A stretch of DNA of 64,000 nucleotides from Chitinophaga pinensis. GTDB taxonomy: Bacteria > Bacteroidota > Bacteroidia > 2-12-FULL-35-15. The stretch covers positions 1,269 through 65,268 of the forward strand of contig CAMCUO010000006.1 of NCBI GenBank assembly GCA_945879015.1, written 5' to 3'. Position numbers and translations under genes: made by a program. A model generated the notes under the pieces. The model did no database searches. It was not told the origin of the DNA and worked only from the letters and a program-made list of their open reading frames with translations. Positions 1 through 13,054 of this stretch are shown here, piece by piece (position 1 is the first letter of the stretch; each line of letters begins with the position of its first letter).

Positions 1-238
1 ATATCATTACCTAAAATACTATTCAACATAATACCATCAAGCAACACGTTAATTTCTTTTAACAGTTGCTTGTTCTTTTTTATAACAACCGACTCCACCA
101 TCTTACCAATCACCAAACCCATTTGTTTCTGACGAGTATATTCTTCTTTTTTCAAAAGAATAGAATACTCTTTTCGAATTCGTTCTGCTTTGTGTTCCAA
201 ATAATGAAAGTCGTTTAGTTCATAACGTATCATTAATT
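1..238 (-). CDS. hypothetical protein, 3' part outside window (N-terminus MIRYELNDFHYLEHKAERIRKEY...)
   Basis: Own translation of the minus strand from the ATG at 236-238. Open to the window edge. No recognisable family. Faint resemblance to YhcG/DUF1016 N-terminal region (inference only). Confidence 0.35.
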
Positions 239-989
239 CAAAACTGCTAATTTTAAATGTCACGCTTCATCTAAATGTTTAAAGGCGTCTTGCATCATTC
301 GCTTTACAAGGTGTTTCAACGATTATTTGAAATTCTTTTTATCGAAATTTAATGCCGCTAAATTTAAATACACAAACACATTATAGATTGGAAGCTTCTT
401 AATACTAGCATTATCATTCGCTTCATGCAATATTTCAATCGCTTTATCTATATTTTTTACAGAATAGTTAATTACGAGTGAATTGTAATAATAAAATAAA
501 TATTTATCATAAAAAGCCTTTACCAACCTCCTCCATGGCAGATTTCAGCTCGTCGACATAGGTGAATGAAAGATCATTTTTTTTGTTTTCTTGTCATATT
601 TTAATTGCCTTTAACGTTTCGCGATCAGGCGCAGAAAGCGTTTCAAAATCTATTTTTTCAACGAAGCTCGGATTATAAATATACAAATAATTTGTCTTAT
701 GGAACGGAATGCGCTTTTTGCGCTTGCTCGCTATTACCTGCTGGCCGATTTAGGGGTTAATACAAAATTAGAAAAAATAAACGAACTTTGTCAAAACGTG
801 TCTGATTTATAAGGGGCTAGAACAATTAACTGACGGAGTGCGCCTCTCACACCACTGTACGTAAGGTTCTCGTATACAGCGGTTCATTAAATTGTGGAGC
901 TACTTTAAAATAATAATCCAGCAATGCCCATTTAGTATTTTACAAGTTATTGATATTCAGTAATTAAATAGAATTAGGTGGAATTAAGT

Positions 990-1045
990 AGAGTTCTCTC
1001 GACTCTCGAGCGCAGTCGAGAACAAGGGAGTTAGGAGTGAGAATC
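990..1045. repeat. GC-rich dispersed repeat, family B copy (core GAGCGCAGTCGAGAAC...GGGAGTTAGGAGTG)
   Basis: Shares GAGCGCAGTCGA and GTTAGGAGT(C)GTGAG blocks with copies at 6848-6893 and 57105-57215. Hairpin ttctcgac/gtcgagaa. Confidence 0.5.
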
Positions 1046-1080
1046 AAAATAGTAGACAAATTGCAGTAAACAATAGACAA

Positions 1081-1968
1081 TTAGAAAAGGACAACATTAT
1101 CTATCAAACGCACTGCGCCCAATTTAACCGCAATACAAACAACTACACTTTTACTTTGTTTAAAATCGATGATTGGCTGAAGTGAATCCGAATCTGAAAT
1201 TTCGATGTATTCCATTACTATAGAAGGGACAGTTCTGATTTGCTCCTCTGCAAATGCTTTTAATTCCGCCACCGATTTTGATTTATATTGCTCTTTAATA
1301 GTAAAGAGTGTTTTAGAAATGATTCCAGCCAAATCTCTTTCCTGTTTTGTAAGTCGTTCGTTTCTAGAACTCATTGCCAATCCATTCGGCTCTCGCATAA
1401 TATCACATGAGATAATCTCGATTGCCATTTCCAATTGTTTGGTCATACTCCTTATAATAGCCAATTGCTGAAAATCCTTTTGACCAAAATACGCTTTATC
1501 TGGCTCAACTATTCTAAAAAGCTTGCTAACTACTTGAGCAACACCATTAAAATGACCAGGACGATGAGCTCCTTCCATAACCGTTTCTAAAGTTCCGAAA
1601 TCTACAGAATGTCCATTTGTCCAGCCTTTATCTTCTATTTTTTGTCGTTTTAGCTCTAATTCGGCTTCCGAATACATCTCTTTTACTTCTGGGGCAAATA
1701 CAATGTCGCAATTCGCCTCTTCAAGTAATTTGCAGTCAGCTTCTAAGGTTCTTGGATACTTATCCAAATCAGATAAATCGTTAAATTGGGTAGGATTTAC
1801 AAATATGCTGCAAACCACTACATCACAATCTGCCTTAGCCTTATCCACAAGGGAAATATGGCCAGCATGAAGTGCTCCCATGGTAGGCACAAAACCAATT
1901 GTTTCTTTTTGGTTTCGTATACTATTCAGGTGATTTTGAAGTTTTTGTATGGAATTAAAAATAAGCAT
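1081..1968 (-). CDS. panC: pantoate--beta-alanine ligase
   Basis: Full-length ORF. Motifs GFVPTMGALHAGHISL and FVNPTQF are characteristic of PanC. Confidence 0.95.
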   Translation of the reverse strand: MLIFNSIQKLQNHLNSIRNQKETIGFVPTMGALHAGHISLVDKAKADCDVVVCSIFVNPTQFNDLSDLDKYPRTLEADCKLLEEANCDIVFAPEVKEMYSEAELELKRQKIEDKGWTNGHSVDFGTLETVMEGAHRPGHFNGVAQVVSKLFRIVEPDKAYFGQKDFQQLAIIRSMTKQLEMAIEIISCDIMREPNGLAMSSRNERLTKQERDLAGIISKTLFTIKEQYKSKSVAELKAFAEEQIRTVPSIVMEYIEISDSDSLQPIIDFKQSKSVVVCIAVKLGAVRLIDNVVLF

Positions 1969-2121
1969 TAGGCCAAAAAGTGTTAATAAGCAGCAAAATC
2001 AGTATTAATCGTCCTGTTTTTCCCATAAAACAAGCCAAATCTAATATTAATACTTTGAAATATCGGAAATTTTTGCTTACTTTTGTATACTTTTTTGAAA
2101 ACCTAACCTTAATTCGATCTT

Positions 2122-2958
2122 ATGAAGAAGAAAGCTAGAGTTCTTTTTGTATCACAAGAAGTTACCCCGTATTTAGATGAAACACCTATGAGTGTTATCG
2201 GACGAAAATTACCACAAGGAATACAAGAACGAGGCAAAGAAATTAGATTATTCATGCCAAAATTCGGAATCATTAATGAAAGAAGAAATCAGTTACACGA
2301 AGTAATTCGTTTATCAGGAATGAATCTTATTATTGATAACAACGATCACCCATTAATTATCAAAGTTGCTTCTATTCAAGCAGCAAGAATGCAAGTTTAT
2401 TTTATTGATAATCAGGAGTATTTTGAGCGAAAGCATACTTTAACTGACGCAAAAGGAGTCTCTTTTGCTGACAATGACGAACGTGCCATTTTCTTTTGTC
2501 GCGGAGTTATCGAAACAGTTAAAAAATTAGGTTGGTCACCTGATGTTGTTCACCTTCATGGTTGGATGACAAGTTTAACAGCTCTTTATTTGAAAAAATC
2601 ATTCAAAGACAATCCTTTATTTGCTGAAACAAAAATCATTTATTCGGTTTATGATGATGAGTTTACCACTCCTCTAAGCAAAGATTTCGCAAAAAAAGTA
2701 TTGCACGATGGAATTGAAAAAGGAGATGTAGAACATTATAAAAATCCTACATTTGTAAACATCAGTAAAGCGGCTATCGATTTATGCGATGGTATCATTA
2801 AAGGAAGTGCAAAAATTAATTCGGATGTAGAAAAATACATCAAAAAATCGGGCAAACCATATTTGGATTTTGTTGGCGGTGATAACAACGAATACATTGA
2901 TGCATATTCTGAATTTTATGATGCTGTGCTAGAAGAATTGGCAGAAATGGTTGACTAA
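2122..2958 (+). CDS. glycogen/starch synthase-like protein (GT5 catalytic N-terminal domain only, about 278 aa)
   Basis: Short Bacteroidota glycogen-synthase-like family, commonly next to panC. N-terminal KVLFVSQE/TPY...GG motif region. Confidence 0.65.
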   Translation: MKKKARVLFVSQEVTPYLDETPMSVIGRKLPQGIQERGKEIRLFMPKFGIINERRNQLHEVIRLSGMNLIIDNNDHPLIIKVASIQAARMQVYFIDNQEYFERKHTLTDAKGVSFADNDERAIFFCRGVIETVKKLGWSPDVVHLHGWMTSLTALYLKKSFKDNPLFAETKIIYSVYDDEFTTPLSKDFAKKVLHDGIEKGDVEHYKNPTFVNISKAAIDLCDGIIKGSAKINSDVEKYIKKSGKPYLDFVGGDNNEYIDAYSEFYDAVLEELAEMVD

Positions 2959-2967
2959 AAATTTTTT

Positions 2968-4377
2968 ATGAATATACAGAACAGCATACCTAAAATTTTG
3001 TCTCGAGCAATCGGAACAAAATTTTTTTTTATACTATCCTTAGGTGTTAGTATTTGTTTAACATCCTGTGACGAATCCAGCGTTGTTGGATTAGATGTAC
3101 AACCCGAAAACGATTTGTTGAATGTTGGATATGAAGATTCCACTACCATTTTTACAAGAACGGTAGATGGCGATTCACTTATTACGGATGAATCACTTAT
3201 CTCTTCAGGTGTTGCCTTAATTGGAAAATATATCGATCCTGTTTTTGGAACAGCATCAGCATCCATTTATACACAAGTTCGACTTCCAAGTGGAATTACT
3301 CCAACTACATTTGGAACTTCGCCTACTTGCGACTCAATTATTCTTTCACTTGTTTATGAAGGAACTGTTTATGGTAAGAAAGAAAGAAAAAATTTAAAAT
3401 TAAGTGTGCATCAGGTAACTCAAACGATGAGTATTGCAGCAACTTATTATTCAAATACTATTTTACCATCTAACGCTGTTGACTTAACTGCTACAGATGG
3501 ATTTTTATTTAAAGCAAATACTTTTGACAGTGTTGCAACGGTGGCTCTTGGAGATACCGTTATGTTAAAACCTCAAGTACGTGCACCATTAGATAACTCA
3601 TTCGGACAATTGCTTTTGAACAATGCTATACTAGGAAATTTAACTGACAACGCATCATTTCAAAGTCTTTTGAATGGAATATATATTACAACAGAAAACA
3701 CAACTGGCTTATTATCCGAAGAAGGAAACATTGTTCATTTCAAAATGGGCGAATCAAAAATTACACTTTACTATAAAAATAGTACAACAGATTCTTTGAG
3801 TTATGATTTTAGTTTAGGAAGTGTTGCGCGTTTCAATAATTTCAAACACGATTATTCAACCGCACTTATTAATCCACTATTGGATAACCAAATAAATAAT
3901 CCTACTCCACCAACGCAAAACGCAACCGTTTTTGTGCAAAGTATGGCAGGTGTAAAAACAAAAATTGAATTCCCGCATTTAATGCGCTGGGTTGACAACG
4001 GACGAATTGGAGTAAATAAAGCCGAATTACTAATTAGTGTTGATACCAATCTTTTAGATTTATATAAACTCGATACATTTGCTGCTCCTGCTGCATTAAT
4101 TGTTTTTGGAATAAACGACAATGGAACAGTCTATGTAATTCCAGATGCATTTGAAGGCGCCAACTATTTTGGTGGAACATATAATTCGGGAACTGTCCAA
4201 TATAAATTTAACATTGCCCGTTACATTCAACAAATTTTGAATGGAGATAGAAATAATAACGGATTATATATTTTAGCATCCAACGGTGCTGCGTTTGCAA
4301 ACAGAATTGTAATTGGCGGAGCAACGAGTGCTACACGACCAATGAAATTAAATATAACTTATACAAAAATACATTAA
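2968..4377 (+). CDS. DUF4270-like lipoprotein
   Basis: Signal peptide plus lipobox (LTSCDES). Conserved Bacteroidota neighbour of the glycogen-synthase-like gene. Confidence 0.55.
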   Translation: MNIQNSIPKILSRAIGTKFFFILSLGVSICLTSCDESSVVGLDVQPENDLLNVGYEDSTTIFTRTVDGDSLITDESLISSGVALIGKYIDPVFGTASASIYTQVRLPSGITPTTFGTSPTCDSIILSLVYEGTVYGKKERKNLKLSVHQVTQTMSIAATYYSNTILPSNAVDLTATDGFLFKANTFDSVATVALGDTVMLKPQVRAPLDNSFGQLLLNNAILGNLTDNASFQSLLNGIYITTENTTGLLSEEGNIVHFKMGESKITLYYKNSTTDSLSYDFSLGSVARFNNFKHDYSTALINPLLDNQINNPTPPTQNATVFVQSMAGVKTKIEFPHLMRWVDNGRIGVNKAELLISVDTNLLDLYKLDTFAAPAALIVFGINDNGTVYVIPDAFEGANYFGGTYNSGTVQYKFNIARYIQQILNGDRNNNGLYILASNGAAFANRIVIGGATSATRPMKLNITYTKIH

Positions 4378-4380
4378 CAG

Positions 4381-6222
4381 ATGTGTGGAATAGTTGCATA
4401 TATCGGAAACAAACAAGCATATCCTTTTTTAATTAAAGGATTACAACGACTTGAATACAGAGGTTACGACAGTGCTGGAGTTGCAATGATTGACAATGGC
4501 GAACTGAACGTTTATAAATGCAAAGGAAAAGTTGTTGACCTCCATAATTTTATTGGAGAACAAAATAAAAACGGAAACATTGGAATAGGCCACACACGAT
4601 GGGCAACACACGGTGTTCCAAATGATGTGAATGCACATCCGCATTATTCTGCATCAAAAAATATGGTGATGATTCACAATGGAATCATTGAAAATTATGG
4701 TCCATTAAAAGCAGAATTAATAAAACGCGGACATGTTTTTTTAAGCGACACCGATACCGAAGTATTGATTCATTTAATTGAAGACATTCAAGAAAAAGAA
4801 AAAGTTCGTTTGGGTGAAGCTGTTCGTATTGCATTAAACCAAGTAGTTGGTGCTTATGCGATTGTTATACTTTCAAAAAGTAATCCAGATGAATTGTTCG
4901 CTGCAAAAAAAGGCAGCCCGATGGTTATCGGAATTGGCGACAATGAATTTTACATTGCTTCAGATGCAACACCAATTGTTGAATACACAAAAAATGTTGT
5001 TTATTTAGAAGACGAAGAAATTGCTTTTATCGAAAGAGGAAAAGAATTAAAAATTAAAACAATTAAGAACAGAGAGAAGACCCCTTATGTTCAAGAGTTG
5101 GAAATGAAATTGGAAGCACTTGAAAAAGGTGGTTACGATCATTTCATGTTGAAAGAAATTTATGAGCAACCTCGCTCCATTAAAGATAGTATGCGCGGAA
5201 GATTGAGTTCAGCAGAAGGTGTTGTAAACTTGGGAGGAATTACTGAATACGAACAAAAATTTATCAATGCAAAACGTATTATTATTATAGCCTGCGGAAC
5301 ATCGTGGCACGCTGGATTAGTTGCTGAATATTTATTTGAAGACTTAGCTCGCATTCCCGTTGAGGTGGAATACGCTTCTGAATTCCGTTATAGAAATCCA
5401 ATTGTTTATGAAGATGATGTAGTAATTGCTATTTCACAATCAGGAGAAACAGCGGATACATTAGCCGCTATTGAATTGGCAAAATCAAAAGGTGCAACCA
5501 TTATTGGCGTTTGTAATGTTGTTGGTTCAACCATTGCACGTGCTACTCATGCAGGTTCATATACACACGCAGGACCAGAAATTGGTGTTGCATCTACAAA
5601 AGCATTTACTGCACAAGTTACAGTGTTAACATTAATGGCATTAAGAATTGCATTTAGAAAAGGAACAATTTCATCTTCTCGTTTTCATACTTTGTTAAGT
5701 GAGTTAGAAGCAATTCCCGCAAAAATCGAACGCGTATTAGAAACAAACGATAAAATAAAATACATTGCAGACATTTATAAAAATGTTAGTAACGCATTAT
5801 ACCTTGGTCGCGGATACTCATTCCCAGTTGCTTTAGAAGGCGCATTGAAATTAAAAGAAATTTCCTACATACATGCTGAAGGTTATCCTGCAGCAGAAAT
5901 GAAACACGGTCCGATTGCATTAATTGATGAAGAGATGCCAGTTTTTGTTATTGCAACAAAAGGAACCTCTTACGAAAAAGTTGTCAGCAACATACAAGAA
6001 GTAAAAGCACGTAAAGGAAAAATTATTGCAATTGTAACTGAAGGCGATACACAAGTAAAAGAAATGGCAGATTACTTTATCGAAATTCCGGAGACGGATG
6101 AAATTTTAGTCCCATTGGTTTCAGTTGTTCCATTGCAATTACTTTCATATCATATTGCTGTGATGAGAGGATGTAATGTGGATCAACCGAGAAATTTGGC
6201 TAAGTCGGTTACGGTGGAGTAG
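4381..6222 (+). CDS. glmS: glutamine--fructose-6-phosphate aminotransferase (isomerizing)
   Basis: MCGIVAYIG N-terminal Ntn-glutaminase start, two SIS domains, terminal KSVTVE. Confidence 0.97.
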   Translation: MCGIVAYIGNKQAYPFLIKGLQRLEYRGYDSAGVAMIDNGELNVYKCKGKVVDLHNFIGEQNKNGNIGIGHTRWATHGVPNDVNAHPHYSASKNMVMIHNGIIENYGPLKAELIKRGHVFLSDTDTEVLIHLIEDIQEKEKVRLGEAVRIALNQVVGAYAIVILSKSNPDELFAAKKGSPMVIGIGDNEFYIASDATPIVEYTKNVVYLEDEEIAFIERGKELKIKTIKNREKTPYVQELEMKLEALEKGGYDHFMLKEIYEQPRSIKDSMRGRLSSAEGVVNLGGITEYEQKFINAKRIIIIACGTSWHAGLVAEYLFEDLARIPVEVEYASEFRYRNPIVYEDDVVIAISQSGETADTLAAIELAKSKGATIIGVCNVVGSTIARATHAGSYTHAGPEIGVASTKAFTAQVTVLTLMALRIAFRKGTISSSRFHTLLSELEAIPAKIERVLETNDKIKYIADIYKNVSNALYLGRGYSFPVALEGALKLKEISYIHAEGYPAAEMKHGPIALIDEEMPVFVIATKGTSYEKVVSNIQEVKARKGKIIAIVTEGDTQVKEMADYFIEIPETDEILVPLVSVVPLQLLSYHIAVMRGCNVDQPRNLAKSVTVE

Positions 6223-6421
6223 ATATTAGATATTAGACGCTTCGAGAACAAAGGATTTAATTATTCGTTAACAGAAACTGTAAAACCTGATTCTATTGCA
6301 CATCCTTCCATTTTTGATTCGGTGTTTTATGAAAGCGAAATTCTTGCAACAGGGAAAATACAAACAAAACTTATAGATAGTATTAGATTTGAGCGAATGC
6401 CAAAATAAAAACTCTATTGTA

Positions 6422-6834
6422 ATGAAAAATCAATTAGCATCCACCAATACATTGCTAACTTTCCAATTGAAACAAAGCAGCTATTAGAATTGTTGCGCAT
6501 GACTATTCTTCAAGCAGCACCAAATGCAGAAGAAGTAATTAGTTATAATATGCACGCATTCAAATAGAATGGAATATTGGTTTGGTTTGCTGGTTATAAA
6601 AATCACATTGGGTTTTATCCATCTTCTGCAACATTTGTTGTTTTCAAAGAGCAATTAAAAAAACATAAAACTTATAAAGGTGCTATTCAATTTACACTGG
6701 ACAAACCCCGTCCTCTTGCACTTCTTGCTAAAATTGTAAAATATAGGATCAAACAGAATGCGGAAAAGGAAGCTGCTAAAAAAGGCAAAAAAGAAGTGAT
6801 TTTTAATCAAATTTCCTCCTTTAAATCTCATTAA
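6422..6834 (+). pseudogene. DUF1801 (YdhG-like) domain gene disrupted by a frameshift (about 6430-6450) and an in-frame TAG at 6566-6568
   Basis: Frame 2 starts MKNQLASTNTLL. Frame 1 continues ...YIANFPIETKQLLELLRMTILQAAPNAEEVISYNMHAFK*NGILVWFAGYKNHIGFYP..., matching the DUF1801 consensus across the stop. Confidence 0.55.
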
Positions 6835-6847
6835 ATTAAGCTTTGTA

Positions 6848-6893
6848 TCCACTCTCCGTAAGCACTTCGAATCCGCTCAGTGTGACAACCGAT
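6848..6893. repeat. GC-rich dispersed repeat, family B copy (inverted)
   Basis: Reverse complement CACTGAGCGGATTCGAAGTGCTTACGGAGAGTGGA aligns with 57107 ACTGAGCGCAGTCGAAGTGTAAGGGCGAGAACAC. Confidence 0.5.
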
Positions 6894-6964
6894 TGGTCAA
6901 TCTGAGCAGAAACTGTTGAAAACTATTGCCCTCAAAAATTCCTTTTTCAGATGATTGTTTCATA

Positions 6965-7080
6965 CCTTTATCTAACTTTAGGGGTGTCCTTCTGTACCGA
7001 TAGCTATAGGGACGAAGAACTGAGAAATACCCTTTGAACCTGATGCAGTTAGTACTGCCGAATGGCGAGGTCATACTCGC
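6965..7080 (+). ncRNA. TPP (thiamine pyrophosphate) riboswitch
   Basis: GGGGTG...CTGAGA...ACCCTTTGAACCTGATGCAGTTAGTACTGC...GGCGAGG matches the THI-element aptamer core. Sits directly upstream of thiS-thiC. Confidence 0.85.
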
Positions 7081-7110
7081 CATCGCGAGCTTAGCCTCGC
7101 GAGGAAAAAG
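7072..7110. repeat. GC-rich hairpin repeat, family C (CTCGCCATCGCGAGCTTAGCCTCGCGAGG)
   Basis: Near-identical to 32640-32672 (CTCGCCATTGCGAGTGCAACCTCGCGATC). May also act as the riboswitch expression platform. Confidence 0.45.
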
Positions 7111-7159
7111 TAAATGGTCTTCTATCCTCAGCCATTCCTAAAGTAAAATTATTTACGGA

Positions 7160-7366
7160 ATGGAAATTACCATCAACAATCAAGTAAAAAATTTATCGGA
7201 CACAAATCTGACGGTTCAGCAACTGCTTAATATGGAAATTCCAGACAAGCAAAAAGGAATTGCTATTGCCATAAACAACAATGTTGTTCCACGCACAGAG
7301 TGGCAAACAAAAAATATTTTACAAAACGACAACATATTAATCATTAAAGCCACTCAAGGTGGGTAA
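7160..7366 (+). CDS. thiS: sulfur carrier protein ThiS
   Basis: 68 aa, C-terminal GG, first gene after the TPP riboswitch. Confidence 0.85.
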   Translation: MEITINNQVKNLSDTNLTVQQLLNMEIPDKQKGIAIAINNNVVPRTEWQTKNILQNDNILIIKATQGG

Positions 7367-9240
<1,874 letters not shown>

Positions 9241-9241
<1 letters not shown>

Positions 9242-9837
9242 TGAAAATAATAGTTGTTTCAAATCCCGATGCAGTTGAAAACGAAGCAAGTATCATAAAT
9301 GCTTTGTTTGATGAGGGATTGAAGCTATTTCATTTACGGAAACCTGATTATTCAGAAAACGAATTGATTGGCTTGATAGAAAAAATAAATGCAAAAAATC
9401 ATTCAAAAATAGTGTTGCATCAACATCATCAATTAGTAGAAAGATTTAAAATAAATCGAATTCACTTTTCTGAATCAGCACGATTAAAATTAAAAGAGGA
9501 AGTATTTGTAAACATAAAAACAAAAGGGTTTAGGCTTTCGACTTCGATACATGAATTAAGTGCATTGAATTTATTATCGGACGCATTTACGTATACGTTT
9601 TATGGACCAGCGTTTGAAAGCATATCAAAGCCTGGATATAAACCGAAATCAAAAGAAATTATTTTACCGGATAATAGAAAAATAAAAATTGTTGCGATTG
9701 GAGGCATCACTCCGAATAGAATTAGCGAACTGGAAAAATTAAATTTTGATGGTGTGGCATTCTTAGGTGCCATTTGGGCAGACAGCAAAAATGCAATTAA
9801 CATATTTAGAGAATGCAGTCAGAACGTAAATATGTAA
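9241..9837 (+). CDS. thiamine phosphate synthase family protein (ThiE/TenI-like paralog)
   Basis: TMP-TENI fold pattern (hxhR....., GxGGI). Position in the thi operon. A second canonical thiE follows. Confidence 0.7.
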
Positions 9838-10565
9838 TGAGTATTGCTGGCTTCGATCCTTCAGGAGGAGCAGGATTACTGGCAGATATTAAAACACTTG
9901 AGCAACACAAGATTTATGGCTTGAGTATTAGTACAGCGACTACTTTACAGACTGAAAATAAATTTTATTCAGTAGAATGGGAAAAGACAGAAACTGTTTT
10001 AAAAAGTGTAGACGTATTGTTGGATTCATATCCTGTTGAAATTATTAAAATTGGAATTGTGCCATCTTTTGCATACTTGTCGCAATTAGTAAAACATATT
10101 AAAAACAAAAGCACTGAAATTAAAATTGTTCTCGACCCAATTATTAAATCCAGTACAGGATTTGACTTTCAGAAAACGATTGATAAAAAAGAATTGGTTG
10201 CAGTTTTAAAAAACATCTATTTGATTACGCCTAACATGCAAGAAGCAATGCTATTAACCGATACAGCTAATTCAAAAGAAGCCGCAAAGGAACTTTCGGA
10301 GCTTTGCAGTGTATTGTTAAAAGGCGGGCACAATGAATCAGAAATCGGAGTTGATTATTTATATACTAATGGAGATTGTATTGAATTGAAACCAACATTA
10401 ACAAACTTATCTGCAAAGCATGGTTCGGGATGTGTGCTATCTGCTGCAATTGTTTCTAATCTTGCTTTGGGAAATGATTTGCAAACCGCTTGTATTGAAG
10501 CAAAAAAATACGTAGAACAATTTTTAAATAGTAATAAATCATTGTTAGGATTTCACCATGTATAG
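9837..10565 (+). CDS. thiD: hydroxymethylpyrimidine/phosphomethylpyrimidine kinase
   Basis: MSIAGFDPSGGAGLLADIKT start coupled through a TAATG overlap. The track ORF begins at 9813; the 9837 start is preferred. Confidence 0.88.
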   Translation: MSIAGFDPSGGAGLLADIKTLEQHKIYGLSISTATTLQTENKFYSVEWEKTETVLKSVDVLLDSYPVEIIKIGIVPSFAYLSQLVKHIKNKSTEIKIVLDPIIKSSTGFDFQKTIDKKELVAVLKNIYLITPNMQEAMLLTDTANSKEAAKELSELCSVLLKGGHNESEIGVDYLYTNGDCIELKPTLTNLSAKHGSGCVLSAAIVSNLALGNDLQTACIEAKKYVEQFLNSNKSLLGFHHV

Positions 10566-11190
10566 CAAGTTACAATACATATCACAAGGCGAAACAGCGA
10601 ATGAACAAATCCGCAACATTCATCAAGCTCTTGATCATGGTTGCGTTTGGATACAACTGCGTTTTAAAAATGCCGATGAAAAGAAGCTGGTAACAGTTAC
10701 AGAAAAAGCAAAAGCGCTTTGTGAAAATTACACTTCAAAATTTATCATCAATGACAATATTGAATTAAGTAAAAAAATAAATGCTGATGGTGTTCATTTA
10801 GGATTAACGGATGAGTCACCCATTATTGCTAGAAACATTTTAGGGAAAGGTAAAATTATTGGAGGAAGCGCAAACACAATTGAGGATGTATTAAAAAGAG
10901 TTGAAGAAAAATGCGACTACGTTGGGCTCGGACCATTTAGGTATACAAGTACAAAAAAAAAATTGAGTCCGATTTTAGGAATAGAAGGATATGCAAGCAT
11001 TATAAATGAATTAAAAAACAGAAATGTTCATACTCCTGTTTACGCTATCGGAGGAATTGTTTTGGACGATATTGATTCATTAATGAGTGCGGGAGTTTTT
11101 GGAATTGCTGTTTCAGGAATTATTACACATCACCCAAATAAAAAAATATTAATTGAACAATTAAAAAATCGTTTACATGCAACTACTTAA
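10558..11190 (+). CDS. thiE: thiamine-phosphate synthase
   Basis: HLG..D, GxSxH-like and [13 protein letters not shown] motifs. Confidence 0.9.
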   Translation: MYSKLQYISQGETANEQIRNIHQALDHGCVWIQLRFKNADEKKLVTVTEKAKALCENYTSKFIINDNIELSKKINADGVHLGLTDESPIIARNILGKGKIIGGSANTIEDVLKRVEEKCDYVGLGPFRYTSTKKKLSPILGIEGYASIINELKNRNVHTPVYAIGGIVLDDIDSLMSAGVFGIAVSGIITHHPNKKILIEQLKNRLHATT

Positions 11191-11947
11191 TATCGCAGGA
11201 AAAGAATTTAAGTCGCGCTTGTTTTTAGGAACAGGAAAATTCGGCTCCGCAAAGCAAATGGAGATGGCTGTATTGGCATCCGGCTCCGAATTGGTCACTG
11301 TCGCTTTAAAACGTGTCGACTTAGAAACCGATACCGACCATTTATTGTCGCACTTACAACATCCACACATTAACTTATTGCCAAACACATCAGGAGCAAG
11401 AAATGCAAAAGAAGCAATTTTTGCGGCACAACTTGCACGTGAGGCACTAGAAACAAACTGGTTGAAATTAGAAATTCATCCCGATCCAAAATATTTAATG
11501 CCCGATGCAATCGAAACATTAAAAGCGACAGAAGAATTAGCAAAACTTGGATTCATAGTGTTGCCTTATATTCATGCTGATCCTGTTTTATGCAAACGAT
11601 TGGAAGATGCAGGAACGGCAGCAGTAATGCCTTTGGGTTCACCAATAGGAACTAACAAAGGATTAAAAACAATCGATTTTTTAGAAATCATTATCGAACA
11701 AAGCAATGTTCCAGTTATTGTTGATGCTGGAATTGGGAGTCCGTCCGATGCCGCAAAAGCAATGGAACTTGGTGCAGATGCTGTTTTGGTAAACACAGCA
11801 ATTGCAGTTGCAGGAAATCCAACTTCAATGGCTGCTGCTTTTAAAATGGCTGTGGAAGCAGGAAGAATGGCTTACGAATCAACACTGGCAAAACAATTAA
11901 ATCATGCAATGGCTTCAAGTCCATTAACTTCTTTTTTGAATGAATAG
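11177..11947 (+). CDS. thiG: thiazole synthase
   Basis: [38 protein letters not shown] is typical ThiG. Confidence 0.95.
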   Translation: MQLLNIAGKEFKSRLFLGTGKFGSAKQMEMAVLASGSELVTVALKRVDLETDTDHLLSHLQHPHINLLPNTSGARNAKEAIFAAQLAREALETNWLKLEIHPDPKYLMPDAIETLKATEELAKLGFIVLPYIHADPVLCKRLEDAGTAAVMPLGSPIGTNKGLKTIDFLEIIIEQSNVPVIVDAGIGSPSDAAKAMELGADAVLVNTAIAVAGNPTSMAAAFKMAVEAGRMAYESTLAKQLNHAMASSPLTSFLNE

Positions 11948-13052
11948 TTTTAAAAACATATTTGATACTTATAAGTGGGAAGACATAAAATCCTCCATCT
12001 ATTCTAAAACGTCTAAAGATGTAGAAAAAGCTATTGCTTCAAATAAAAGAAATCTTGAAGACTTTAAAGCATTAATTTCTCCTGCTGCTGTTCCCTATGT
12101 CGAACAAATGGCTCAGCTTAGTAATGCACTTACTCAAAAGCGTTTCGGAAAAACCATTCAGATGTATGCTCCGATGTATTTGAGTAACGAGTGCAATAAT
12201 ATTTGTACATATTGTGGTTTCAGTTTCGACAATAAAATAAAACGCAAAACACTTACGGACTCGGAAATATTAAAAGAAGTTGAAGTAATTAAAAACAATG
12301 GATTCAATCATATCCTTTTAGTCACTGGTGAAGCCAATCAAACGGTACATGTTGATTATTTTAAAAAAGCCATTGAATTGATTAAATCACAATTTGCTAA
12401 TATTTCTATTGAAGTTCAACCACTAGAAACAGATGACTATAAAACATTGCACAATGCTGGCGTTTATTCTGTTTTAGTGTATCAAGAAACTTATCATCAA
12501 GAAGTTTATAAAACTTATCATCCTAAAGGGAAAAAATCTAATTTCTACTACAGGATGGAGACGCCCGATAGAATAGGAATTGCAGGCATTCACAAAATTG
12601 GATTGGGAGTTTTGTTAGGATTGGAAGATTGGCGCACAGATTCATTTTTTAACACTTTGCATTTAGATTATCTACAGAAAAAGTACTGGCAGACAAAATT
12701 TTCAGTTTCATTTCCACGTATGCGTCCGGCTGAAGGAATTATCGAACCAAACGTAATTGTAAGCGATAAAGACTTAGTTCAACTCATTTGTGCGTACCGT
12801 TTATTTAACGAAGATGTAGAACTTTCTATTTCTACACGCGAATCAGAAAAATTCAGAAACAATATTATTCCATTAGGAGTAACGAGTATGAGTGCAGGAT
12901 CAAAAACAAATCCAGGTGGTTATGCTGTTGAACCAAATTCATTGGAGCAATTCGAGATCAGTGATGAAAGAAGTGCGCAGGAGATTTCAAAATTAATAAG
13001 TGAAAGTGGATACGAACCCGTTTGGAAAGACTGGGATAAAACTTTAGCATAA
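11940..13052 (+). CDS. thiH: 2-iminoacetate synthase (radical SAM)
   Basis: [10 protein letters not shown] radical-SAM motif. Operon position. Confidence 0.9.
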   Translation: MNSFKNIFDTYKWEDIKSSIYSKTSKDVEKAIASNKRNLEDFKALISPAAVPYVEQMAQLSNALTQKRFGKTIQMYAPMYLSNECNNICTYCGFSFDNKIKRKTLTDSEILKEVEVIKNNGFNHILLVTGEANQTVHVDYFKKAIELIKSQFANISIEVQPLETDDYKTLHNAGVYSVLVYQETYHQEVYKTYHPKGKKSNFYYRMETPDRIGIAGIHKIGLGVLLGLEDWRTDSFFNTLHLDYLQKKYWQTKFSVSFPRMRPAEGIIEPNVIVSDKDLVQLICAYRLFNEDVELSISTRESEKFRNNIIPLGVTSMSAGSKTNPGGYAVEPNSLEQFEISDERSAQEISKLISESGYEPVWKDWDKTLA

Positions 13053-13054
13053 TC

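Noticed and set aside
780-900. tmRNA or another structured RNA starting at GGGGCTAGAAC
   Set aside because: There is no tRNA-like 3' end (T-arm or ACCA-proximal acceptor) and no tag-peptide reading frame. Only the first 6 nt resemble tmRNA.
1205-1971. Track ORFs 1205..1471(+) and 1786..1971(+), and similar short antisense ORFs inside glmS, thiC, TonB receptors, lysS, the SprB gene and others
   Set aside because: They lie entirely within, and antisense to, well-supported long genes. Their composition is consistent with shadow ORFs.
4250-4381. glmS ribozyme upstream of glmS
   Set aside because: glmS starts 3 nt after the preceding gene's stop, so there is no room for a leader. The ribozyme is a Firmicutes feature.
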